Assembly (NCBI GenBank): GCA_000004695.1
Contig: CM000150.2
Span: 1,056,001 to 1,120,000 of the forward strand
Reading direction: 5' to 3'
Origin: Dictyostelium discoideum
Lineage: Eukaryota
DNA: 64,000 nt
In this document: piece by piece, positions 52,930-64,000 of the stretch
Numbering within the stretch: the stretch's first letter is position 1
Layout: every line of letters begins with the position of its first letter
Notes under the pieces: generated by a model
The model's database searches: none
The model's input: only the letters and a program-made list of their open reading frames with translations
What the model was told of the DNA's origin: nothing
Made by a program: the position numbers and the translations under genes

Positions 52930-54561
52930 TCAACTATCACTATCACCATCACTATCACTATCACTATCACTATCACTATCACAACATCCAAGGCAGTCAC
53001 TAGGACTTTTTAGTTTCCAATCTATTTTATTCTTTGATTGGTTATCTATTGATGATTTTAATAATCTTAATCGATTTTCACATATTGATCTGGTTTTACC
53101 GCCATCTATTCTTATTTTTTCTAGTGAATTTGAATGGAATTCCAAGATATTTTTAATAAATTTAATATTTTGATTTGTTGGACATCCATTCCAATCAGTA
53201 CAAAAACGAATTGAAAATCTTTTAATACCACCACCACCACAACCATTATCATTGACTAGATTTTTTAAAGTTTTGAAATTTGTTATTAATATATGTTGAA
53301 ATAAATCTTTATAATTTCTTTTAAATCCATAATAATGATCAATAGTAATACTTTGTAATGATGGCATTGGTGGTGGATAAATTAAGTATCTTGATGATTG
53401 GATACTTACTTGATAAAGATAAAGATATTCATCTTCATCTTCATCTTCATCATCCCCATAACCTTTAATATCTCTACTGATTCCACAATTTGTTGTTGAA
53501 TCATATTCATCACTTTCAATATAAAATGATTCGACTCTTGAGAATAACAATTCAATATATTCTCTACTACTTGAATATGGTATTAATCTAATTGATTCAT
53601 AATTGAAAAATAATGGTGGTTGTTTAATTAAACTGAATTCAGTAATATTGTTTAAATGAATCAATGGTTTGTTCCAATCAAAGTATTCATTATTTAATAT
53701 TTTTGATAATACTCTAAAGAATTGTTTACATACTAAAGCATATGATAATAAATTATAATTTAAAATAACATCATCATATGCAATTATATTATCTGCATAG
53801 GATAATGATTCTCTTACTATCTTTTTAACTATTATATCTGATAAAATAAAACATGGTTTATCTGTTTTCTTTTGGTGTGTCACTCTTCTCATTATTACAA
53901 ATTTGTGTGAATGTTTCAACAATTTCACCACCACCACCACCACCACCACCACCATCATGATAATCATGATCACTATATGCAATACTGAGTAAATTATCAA
54001 TATTATAATATTCTTTTTTTTTAAAAAATTCTGACATAATAAATAACCTTTTATCTAATTTATCCCTATCATTCTCGTATAAATTTTTAAACCAATCTTT
54101 AAACTTTAAAATATATAAATAAATTTGAAATTAATATTATCAATAATAATAAAAATAATAATAATATTATTAATAAAAAGAAAACTTACTTTTTTATCTC
54201 TAATGATTTTTAAATAAAGTTTATTATGAAAGTAAATTGAGTGGTAATTTGATTCATCAATATCTTCGATCTTACTAAAAATATTGAATGAGCTATCAAA
54301 GAATATATTTAAAATGAAATTCATATAGCCTTTTTTATCGAAATAATGAAAGAATTTAAATCTATGATAGCTGTTGAAATAATTAACAGCTTCAATTCTA
54401 ATTGATTTATTCTCTTTATGACTATCATAAATTCTTAAAACATCTATTAATCCAGAAAATGTTTTTGGTGTTTCTTTAATTGACTTTATTTTAATTTCTT
54501 CATTTGTTATTAATTCATCAACACTATTTTGTAGTTCTTCTCGTTTTCTTTTTTTTTCCAT
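52930..54561 (-). CDS. F-box-like protein, paralog A; two exons with an apparent frameshift. Gene model: complement(join(52930..54103,54190..54561)). It may be a pseudogene or a repeat-length sequencing artefact.
   Basis: Exon 1 (track ORF 54106..54561) ends ...KIIRDKK|GTAAGT, with the donor at 54189. The acceptor AG is at 54105-54104. Exon 2 starts FKDWFKNLYENDRDKLDKRLF...IDNLLSIAYSDHDYHDGGGGGGGGG and then hits a stop. The F-box part (…FILSDIIVKKIVRESL…LSYALVCKQFFRVLSKIL…, track ORF 52930..54000) is in the other frame. The shift lies in or next to a (GGT)9 run at about 53925-53960. Paralog B is continuous across the same region. Confidence 0.5.
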
Positions 54562-54889
54562 TTAAAAAATTGATTGTATAATTTTTTAATTTTTCTTTTT
54601 TTTTTTTTTTTTTTTACAGGTGAATAATAATAAAATGGTGTTTTGGATTTGTATGGGTATCCCAAAAAAAAAATTCAACACCTAATTTTTTACGCAGAAG
54701 ATATTTTTTTTTTTTTTTTTTTAATTTAATTTAAACATAATGGAGTTAATATTAAATTCTTTTCAACTCATCAAAATAAAATTCCATTTGAATATTCTTA
54801 AAAAATTATAAAAAAAAATACAACTTTATGTCTAGATATTTATTATTATTCTTTTTTTTTTTTTTTAATATTTGTTTTGAAACCTTTGG

Positions 54890-55990
54890 TCATACTCTGT
54901 CAACTATCTTCCAATCTATTTTGTTCTTTGATTGCTTATTGATTGTTAAAATAATATCTTCAAAATGAACTGAACCTATATTATAAGCATCTAAACAATT
55001 AAATATAACTTTTTCCAATGTATTTGAATGGTTTTTTAAAATATCTACAATAAAACTAAGATCATAGTCTGGTTCTCCTTTCCAATCATTACAAAAGTGA
55101 ATTGAAAAATTTTTAATACCACCACATCCACCACATCCACCACCACAACTACCATCACCACCATCACCACCATTATCAAGTTTAGTAGTTTTAAAATTTT
55201 TTATTAATATATCTTTTAAAAAATTTTCATAGTTGCTTGAATATCCATAAAATGAATGAATTGATAAACTTTGTAATGATTGCATCATTGGTGGTAGTGA
55301 AATTAAATATCCAGATGACACAATTCCTTCTTTATAGGTATCATAATCATCATGATATTTTCTAATATCAACACCACATCTATATTCAGGAAATTCAAGA
55401 TCTCTAGAAAGTCCATCATATGATTCTATATCATGCTCATCAGTTTTAATATAAAATGATTGAACTCTTGAGAATAATAATTCTAAATATTCCCTACTAC
55501 TTGAATATGGTATTGATTTAACTAATTCATAATTAAAATGAAAAAATGAATTTCTATAAATATTGAATTCTTTATTATTTAAATATATGCATGCTTTCCA
55601 TTCAATACATTCATTATTTAATATATTTAATATTTTTAATAATACTTTAAAGAATTGTTTTGATACTAATGCTAATAATAATAAATTATCATTTTTAATA
55701 AATCCATCATCCATTCTTTCATCTTCAAATAAATAATTTCTAACTATCTCATTAATTATTATATCTGGTAAATAAAAATTTTTCATTTGTAAATGTACAC
55801 TACTATCCTCACTACAATTATGACTATTATTTTTATTATTTATTGAGGAATTATTATTATTATTGTTATTATTATTATTTTTGTTGTTGTTTTCACCATA
55901 TGCAATACTATGTAAAGTATCGATTTCATAATGTTTGGTTAATACTGAACGTGTTTTCATAGTTGCTAGAATTCTTTCTAATCGATCCAT
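54890..55990 (-). CDS. F-box-like protein, paralog B; 366 aa, read from ATG 55990.
   Basis: The sequence MDRLERILATMKTRSVLTKHYEIDTLHSIAYGENN…FYLPDIIINEIVRNYLFED…LLLLALVSKQFFKVLLKIL fits an F-box (LPxxIxxxIxxxL … LVSKxF). The conserved central block IPYSSSREYLELLFSRVQSFYIKTDEHD is shared with paralog A. Confidence 0.75.
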   Translation of the reverse strand: MDRLERILATMKTRSVLTKHYEIDTLHSIAYGENNNKNNNNNNNNNNSSINNKNNSHNCSEDSSVHLQMKNFYLPDIIINEIVRNYLFEDERMDDGFIKNDNLLLLALVSKQFFKVLLKILNILNNECIEWKACIYLNNKEFNIYRNSFFHFNYELVKSIPYSSSREYLELLFSRVQSFYIKTDEHDIESYDGLSRDLEFPEYRCGVDIRKYHDDYDTYKEGIVSSGYLISLPPMMQSLQSLSIHSFYGYSSNYENFLKDILIKNFKTTKLDNGGDGGDGSCGGGCGGCGGIKNFSIHFCNDWKGEPDYDLSFIVDILKNHSNTLEKVIFNCLDAYNIGSVHFEDIILTINKQSKNKIDWKIVDRV

Positions 55991-56068
55991 ATCATTTTCA
56001 TATAAATTTTTAAACCAATTTTTAAACTATTAAAATTTAAACATGTTTGAATTAATGATAAAAACCAT

Positions 56069-56420
56069 TTAAATAAAAATAAAAATAATAATAATAATAA
56101 TAATAATAATATAAATAATAATGATAAATCCCTTACTCTTATCATTTATTATTTTTTCATAAAGTATAAATTTAATATAAGTGGAAGAAATAATATCAAA
56201 AATTTCCGCAAAAACAAATTCAGAAGTATCAAAAAATACATTTAGAATGAAATTTGTATACCCATTTTCATCTATGTAATGAAGATTCAATTCTAATAGA
56301 TTCATTCTCTTTGTATTTGTCATAAATTCTTAAAACATCAATTAATCCTAACAATGTTTTTGGTGTTTCTATTATTGATTCTGAAATTTTATCTATATCT
56401 ATTTCAATCTCTTTATTGTT
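56069..56420 (-). pseudogene. Decayed relic of the 5' exon of F-box-like paralog B, homologous to exon 1 of paralog A (54190..54561).
   Basis: The ATG at about 56418 gives MTNNKEIEIDIDKISESIIETPKTLLGLIDVLRIYDKYKENESIRIE and then a stop. Homology to paralog A (ETPKTFSGLIDVLRIYDSHKENKSIRIEAVNYF…KKGYMNFILNIFFD) resumes in another frame (LNLHYIDENGYTNFILNVFFD) after a deletion of about 40 bp. The exon-end donor is AAGA|GTAAGG in phase 1, which cannot join the phase-0 acceptor (taatag|TTTAAAAATTGG) upstream of 55990. Confidence 0.5.
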
Positions 56421-56699
56421 TGTCATTTTTAAACTTTTTTTAAAAAAAAAAAAAAAATAATCAAAGTCAAAAAAACGAGTTTTAAGGGTGCAAAGATAAA
56501 TTTTTTTTTTTTTTGAAATATAATTAAATCAAATGTGGTTTGTGTGAAATATATAATTTTTTTTTTATATTTTATTTAGTGCTCTTTTGTGATTTATATA
56601 AAAATAAAAAAATAAAAAAAAAAAAAATAAAGATTTTTCGATAATATTTAATATTTATTTATTATTTTATTTTATTTTATTTTTTTTTCATAAAATTAA

Positions 56700-58253
56700 T
56701 TAATGAAGTAATGGTTTACTTTCATCATTATTTTTATTATTGTGATGATGATGATGATGATTATTATTTTCTTCAGAATTATTTACACTTAAATTTTTAA
56801 GTTGTCTCTTTTTTCTAATTATAAGAACCAGTATGAATAAAACAAAAGCAAAACTTGCAACTGCACCAACGATAATTAAAGCGATTGCCCATTCAGGGAA
56901 TTTAAGAGTTGAATAATTATAAGCATTAATTGCAAATTGAACTTGATAAGTACCAGTACTATTATTTAATTGCTGTTGTTGTTGTGGAATAACAATTGAA
57001 AGATAAACTGAATCAACTGAATAAGTTGACTCTGTTGAAGTAGTGTCAGTTGATGAATGATTTAATAATTTTAATATTTCATCATTTGATAGTAGTCTTA
57101 AATGAGCATGATTTGGTACAATTGATTGATTAAAACAATAAATATCTGATAAACTAAATAAAATCAATGAATTTGTTTTCTTATTATTAAAAAGTATTGA
57201 ATTATTCGTATCTGATATCTCCCATGAAACAGAATACATATCATTGTTTGAATTTTCAATTTGTAATATCATTTCAAAAGTTGTACCATTACCATTACCA
57301 TTATTTAAAAGGTATTGAGTATTTATAGTTGGTTCAATTAAAATTTGTGATGAAACTGATGAGATTGGTAAATAAGCACCATGATAATTTATAAATTTAT
57401 TTAAAGTACTATTACTATTTTTTGAATAATTTGCCATATATTTAATTGTATTTAACCAACTATTCTCATTAACAATCGTTGAAAATGATAACCCATTTGA
57501 TGTTTCATTTTTATCAATTATATTTGAATCTATAATATCTTGTTGTTGATATGTTGATGATGACGATGATGATGATGATGATGTTAAAACACTTTGTAAT
57601 TTAATATTAAAAATATCATTTCTCGTTACCATTGCAAATGTTGAATAATCAATACCAACTGGTAATGATAATGCATCATTTGTAATCTTATGAGAACAAT
57701 CAAATGATGCATATCCTTCATTACATAAACAAGTACTACCAATACTACAAACACCATGATCTTTACATTTCCCTGGACATGATTGATTTGTATAAAGGTA
57801 AGTATTCGATCCTAATACTCTAACTGGTGATATTGATAATGTACTACTGCTACCACTACTACTACTATCACTATCACTATCATCTGGTATTGGAATTGGT
57901 GTTTTAATAAATACTGTATTAAATTGATTGAAATTAAAAGTAGTTGATTGATTTTTATCTAAACCGAAATTAATTGTACATGATATAATTTGACTAAGTG
58001 GATCAATTGTTGGATCGTCACAAGAATAAATTATATTACTACCTGATAATGTCATTGAAATTTGAACACCTGTTGTATTATATAAACAAAATTCACCTAC
58101 AATTTGAACTTTTGCATTTGATTCGAATGGATTAACCTCTGAAATACTTGAAACATATTGTTTACATTCAGAGGATGATGTTGTAGATAAATATTCATAA
58201 CTAAAACATTTATTTAAATAAATTATAAAAAATAAAAATGAAATAATTTTCAT
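56700..58253 (-). CDS. Type I membrane protein with an extracellular EGF-like module, paralog B; 517 aa.
   Basis: The signal peptide is MKIISFLFFIIYLNKCFS. The EGF-like segment is CPGKCKDHGVCSIGSTCLCNEGYASFDC. The transmembrane segment IALIIVGAVASFAFVLFILVLII is followed by RKKRQLK. The cytoplasmic tail carries a His6 run. It shares DIFNIKLQSVL, FINYHGAYLP and ILFNNKKTNSLILFSLSDIY blocks with paralog A. Confidence 0.8.
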   Translation of the reverse strand: MKIISFLFFIIYLNKCFSYEYLSTTSSSECKQYVSSISEVNPFESNAKVQIVGEFCLYNTTGVQISMTLSGSNIIYSCDDPTIDPLSQIISCTINFGLDKNQSTTFNFNQFNTVFIKTPIPIPDDSDSDSSSSGSSSTLSISPVRVLGSNTYLYTNQSCPGKCKDHGVCSIGSTCLCNEGYASFDCSHKITNDALSLPVGIDYSTFAMVTRNDIFNIKLQSVLTSSSSSSSSSTYQQQDIIDSNIIDKNETSNGLSFSTIVNENSWLNTIKYMANYSKNSNSTLNKFINYHGAYLPISSVSSQILIEPTINTQYLLNNGNGNGTTFEMILQIENSNNDMYSVSWEISDTNNSILFNNKKTNSLILFSLSDIYCFNQSIVPNHAHLRLLSNDEILKLLNHSSTDTTSTESTYSVDSVYLSIVIPQQQQQLNNSTGTYQVQFAINAYNYSTLKFPEWAIALIIVGAVASFAFVLFILVLIIRKKRQLKNLSVNNSEENNNHHHHHHNNKNNDESKPLLH

Positions 58254-58620
58254 TTTTTTTTTAATTTATTTTTTTTTTTAATTTATTTTTATTTTTTTAT
58301 TATTTATTTTTTTTTTTTTTTTTATATATATCACACACATAGAAGATATTAATATTACATTTAAAAATGGTTTAAAAAAAAAAAAAAAAAGAAAAAAAGA
58401 ATTTTTAATGTAAAAAAAAAAAATAAAAAAAAATAAAAAAAATAAAAATAGTTTTGTGAATCTATGAGATTTTTAGATATTTTTTGAAAATTTGAGTACT
58501 GGTATTTTTAAAAAGAAAAAGTTTGGAAATAAAAAAAAAATAAAAAAAAAAATAAAAAAATTGATTTCAGATAATTCACTTAAAAATTATAATTTTATTT
58601 TTTGATTTTCCTTAAATTTA

Positions 58621-60428
58621 TTAATTTTTTTTATTTTTTACAAGACATACTTCAACGTCACAACCAAATGAAATTAACATATCAATCCAAATTCTTTGCT
58701 GATCACGTAATCTATCACCTGTTCCTTTAACTTCAACAAATTTTATTGAACTATTATTATTATTTTTATCATCTATATCATCATCATTATTATTATTTAA
58801 TTTCCATAATAATAAATCAGGCATACCATGTGAAAAACTTTTAAAATCTTCAGTTAGTAAACGTGATATGAAAGCGATTAATTTACCACCTAAACATTTT
58901 GAGATAATTGATAATTGTTCTAATGATGTTGATTTCCAATTGACACCTCTTGCTTCACATCCATTATGAAGCCAAGATTGGTTCAATAGTATTAATAAAT
59001 CATCATAGTTTGAATGTTCTAATCGTTTTATACGATTATCGATAGCTTCTTTTCTAGTAAAATAAAATTCATCAGATCCAAAGTCCAATGGTGAATTTTG
59101 AAATGGTGATTGAAATACATGTGGTACATTTGAATCAAAAATGATATCCCAAAAATATAAAACATACAACGTAATAAATATTGAAGTCTCGCAATGAATA
59201 CCTTCCCAACCACCATTTTGTGAATAATGTTCAAGTGAGACTTCTTCAACTGTACCATGTGTAATTTCAATAATTTCTTCTTCTTCTTCTTCTTCTTCTT
59301 GTCCTTGTCCTTCTTCTTCTTCTTCTTCTTCTTCTTCTTGTTCTTCTTCTTTTTTAACAGAATTTGTAATTTGTAATTGATTTTCTTTTTCAATTTTATA
59401 ACTTTGACCTGGTGGAAATAATTCATCATCACTTGTTATTTCTAATGATGTTTCTTCATCAATATAAATATTTTGACTTGAACTTTGTGTATTATTAATT
59501 GAAGTAGTTGTTAATATACTATCAAAACTTTTTTGACTACTAATTGCTAAAATATTATTATTATTATTATTAATTTGAGATTGAATTGGTGTTTGATTTT
59601 GAGATTGAGATTGAGATTGAATTGGACTTTGAATTTGAATTTGAGAAGATTGAATTTGAGTTTGAATTTGAGTTTGAATTTGAGTTTGAATTTGAGATGA
59701 TAATGATGATTGAACTTTTTGTTGATTATTTTGACTTTGACTACTCTTTATAATTATTTTTTTAATTTTATTAATTTTAATTTGAGGAGTTAAAAATAAA
59801 TATTTACTTTTATAACCTTGTTGATTATTTGAAACTTTTTCACGATAGATTGTAGTTGAGATTGGCTCTTTTAATTTATAAGAGAATTGAATTAAACCAG
59901 CAGGAATTCTCCAACGACGAGGTGGTGATGATAATTGAATTAAATGTTTTTCAATGGCCAATCTATCACCACTACGTAGGAATGGATCTTCTTTTAGTGA
60001 ACGTTCCGCTATTAATAATGCATCATCACTACGATGTAAATGTTTATGATTGATGATCATACGTTGCCACCAATATCCTCTTTTACCTCTACAATAAGGT
60101 GATTCAATTAATAGCATTAAAAAATCGATACATTGTTGATATTTACGTAACTTTTCAAATATATCAATTGACCAAGATAGGATTCTAGTATAAACCCATC
60201 CAACCGTAAATTTTAATGCAAAACTATATTTAACTTTTTTACTAACACTTCTACCTAATTCATCTAAACAAACTTGTAATATTGATTCTAACGCTACTAA
60301 ATCACCACCACTTTCATAAAGATTAATTGATTTCTCTTCTAATTTCCTTGCATTTTCATATTTTAATAATGATTCTCTATTTGGAAATATTGATTCATTC
60401 TCTGTTAAATCAATATCATATTCTTTAA

Positions 60429-60488
<60 letters not shown>

Positions 60489-61968
60489 TACTACCACTAC
60501 TATTTTGTGTTAAATCTATTACATCACTTTCTTGTTTAACTTGAATAAGTTGATTTTGTAGTATTTCTTCTTTTTCTTTTTCCACCTCTTCTTCTTTTTG
60601 TTGTACTTCTTTTTTTACTTTACTTTTCCAAACTGTATATTCTGGATATTTAATTCCCATTATATTATTTACAATCATTGATTTTGAATCATGAGTACTC
60701 CATGAATAGAAATAAAGATGATGAATCATTCTCCATAATTCAACTACTTCTGTTACAATTTTAATAGATTCTCCAACTAAATTTTCAACTTTTCTATAAA
60801 AAGAGAGAAAAAAAAAAATTAGTTTTTTTATATTAAAATAATTAATAATTATTAATAATTTTAAATGAATTAATTACTTTTTATAAATTGGTTTTGGTGA
60901 AAACAATGTACTTTGACCTTTAAATGGTTCACCAGAAATAACTTTTAAAAAAGTTTCTTTACCTGAAGAATTTGGAATTGAAAATGAACTAGCGATTGAT
61001 TTTAATTGATCAATTTTTAATAGATTTGCAATTTCATTATAATCATGTTTATCACTACTATAATATTCCAAGAAACCATATTCTACCAATGATTCAATGG
61101 CTGCACCAATATTTTTAATTTCATTTTGATAGTTTGATGATTTTAATTCATTAATTTGAAACCATGGTCCTTTTCTATTATACAGTCTAACAAATAAATG
61201 CTGTGAATCTCTATCCAAAGTTTCAATCATTCCTTCAATATAATCTTTTTCATCATTAATAAATAAATGTTTATCTCTTTTATATACAGTTTCTGTTACA
61301 ATTAAAAAATCATTTAAATAATATCTATTATTTTTAATTAAATTATTTTTATCATCAATTGTTGTTATATTATTAGAGGAAGAAGGTGATGATGATGAAG
61401 TAGTTGTAGTGGTTGTTGTCGTATTTGATGGAGGTGGGGTTGTAGGTTGAGATAATAGAAATTCTTCAAATGTCTCTGTAGTTGTAGTTGTTTTAATTGT
61501 TTTAAAAAGATTATTTGGTGATTCTTGTTGTTGTTGTTGTTGTTGTTGTTGTAGTTGTTTTATTTGTTGTTGTTGTGTATTTGGTATTTGTTGTTGATTT
61601 TCTTGTTGTGGTAATTTATTTGGTATTTGTGGAGATGATGGTGTTGATGCTTTTTGAAATTGTTGAATTAAATTTGTATTTCTAGAATCATCAAATGATT
61701 CAACAACTACAGTTGTTGTAGTTGTAGTTTTTTTAATTGGCGTTATCGTATTATTATTATTATTGTTATTGTTAGATTTATCATTTTCCTTATTATTATT
61801 TTGGGTGAATCTTATTGGTTGTGTTGGAGTTTTGGGTGGTGTTGTAGTATCATTAAAAAAGAAATCTTTAATTGAAGTTTGTTTTCCTTCAAAAGAGGGA
61901 AATTTTTTATTTGGGTTTACAGGAGGTGGTGATTTTCTTTTTACACTATTTTTAGTATTTGATTTCAT
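58621..61968 (-). CDS. FAN1 (Fanconi-associated nuclease 1) homolog with a C-terminal VRR-NUC domain, about 1080 aa. Gene model: complement(join(58621..60793,60878..61968)).
   Basis: The VRR-NUC signature is GMPDLLLWK…IKFVEVKGTGDRLRDQQRIWIDMLISFGCDVEVCLVK. FAN1 TPR/helical blocks are present (WVYTRILSWSIDIFEKL…YCRGKRGYWWQRM…). The track ORF 60874..61968 (ATG 61968) ends ...PIYKK with the donor AA|GTAATT at 60877. The 84-nt intron has its acceptor AG at 60795-60794. Exon 2 (K)KVENLVGESIKIVTEVVELWRMIHHLYFY… is in frame with track ORF 58621..60729. An N-terminal PIP-box-like QTSIKDFF is present, and the N-terminal 364 aa contain no Cys. Confidence 0.8.
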
Positions 61969-62590
61969 TTATTAATTTATTTTTATTTTTATTTTTATTT
62001 TTATTTTTATTATTATTTTTTTAAAAAAAAAAAATTAAAGTGATAAATAAAAATTGAAGTGATATTATTTGTTGCTTTATTATGTTATTACATAACTAAA
62101 TTTTATTAAAATAAACTAATAAATTAATAAATAAATTAAATAAATTAAATAAATAAATAAATAAATAATTAAAATAATATTAAAACTATTATCAATAAAA
62201 AACTTTTTTAATATAAAAGAATTGGCGGGTTTTTTTATTTTGTCGAAAAAAAAAAAATAAAAAAAAAAAAATAAAAATAAAATTAAAAAAAAAATAAAGA
62301 AAAATTAAAATTATCAGATTCCAATTATTTATCTAAAATTATAATTTTATTTTTTCATTATCATTTAATTTCTATTTAAAAGAAATTTCAAAAACACATT
62401 TTTTTTTATATATTTATATATTTATATATTTTTTTTTTTTTTTTTTGAATTTCACAATTATTTTTTTTTTTTTTTTTTTATTTTTTTGTTCAAACACAAA
62501 AAAAAAGTCGATTTTTTATTTTTTATTTTTTTTTCATTTTAATTTTTTATTTTTTAAAGTACTATTTTTATTAGTATTTTGGTAAATGAA

Positions 62591-64000
<1,410 letters not shown>

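Noticed and set aside
54106-54561. Treating 54106..54561 (151 aa) as an independent small gene.
   Set aside because: It ends exactly at a GTAAGT donor and joins in phase to the F-box-like exon downstream. The paralog B arrangement confirms it is a 5' exon, not a separate gene.

Overview
This 64 kb window reads as nuclear chromosomal DNA from a dictyostelid social amoeba, with Dictyostelium discoideum-like composition. The window is about 75-80% AT and intergenic DNA is over 90% AT with long poly(A)/poly(T) runs. Coding regions are rich in AAT/CAA codons (poly-Asn/Gln tracts), and introns are short, AT-rich, start GTAAGT/GTATGT and end AG. No tRNA, rRNA, CRISPR array or prokaryotic operon structure is present.

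I can support about 22 protein-coding genes, and I reconstructed intron/exon joins for the multi-exon ones from splice signals and frame continuity. In window order:
- a giant 3-exon FG-repeat nucleoporin (about 3565 aa) with six RanBP2-type zinc fingers, most sitting in near-identical tandem coding repeats of about 430 bp
- a 4.3 kb AT-rich gap on the divergent side of the nucleoporin gene
- a SAP-domain protein with a SUMO-like C-terminus
- a small signal-peptide protein
- a Ctf4/AND-1 (WD40 plus SepB) homolog
- an OTU deubiquitinase with a UBA domain
- a small ABM-fold protein
- a secreted EGF-like protein
- a C2, TPR-like and tandem-PH protein
- a recent tandem duplication of a GT1/GT28 UDP-glycosyltransferase; each copy carries the 3' end of a neighbouring GPI-type protein gene, and one copy has a short MITE-like TIR insertion
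- a makorin-like CCCH/RING protein
- a 5-exon class I PI3K
- a TPR/MYND/SET (SMYD-like) protein
- a lineage-specific cluster of two diverged EGF-like type I membrane paralogs flanking two F-box-like paralogs, with signs of pseudogene decay
- a FAN1 nuclease homolog with a canonical PIP box and no UBZ finger
- a 3'-truncated K/E/Q-rich coiled-coil gene that runs off the window end

Functions are inferred from motifs I can read in the translations; no database search was run. Exon boundaries are accurate to a few nucleotides unless marked approximate.
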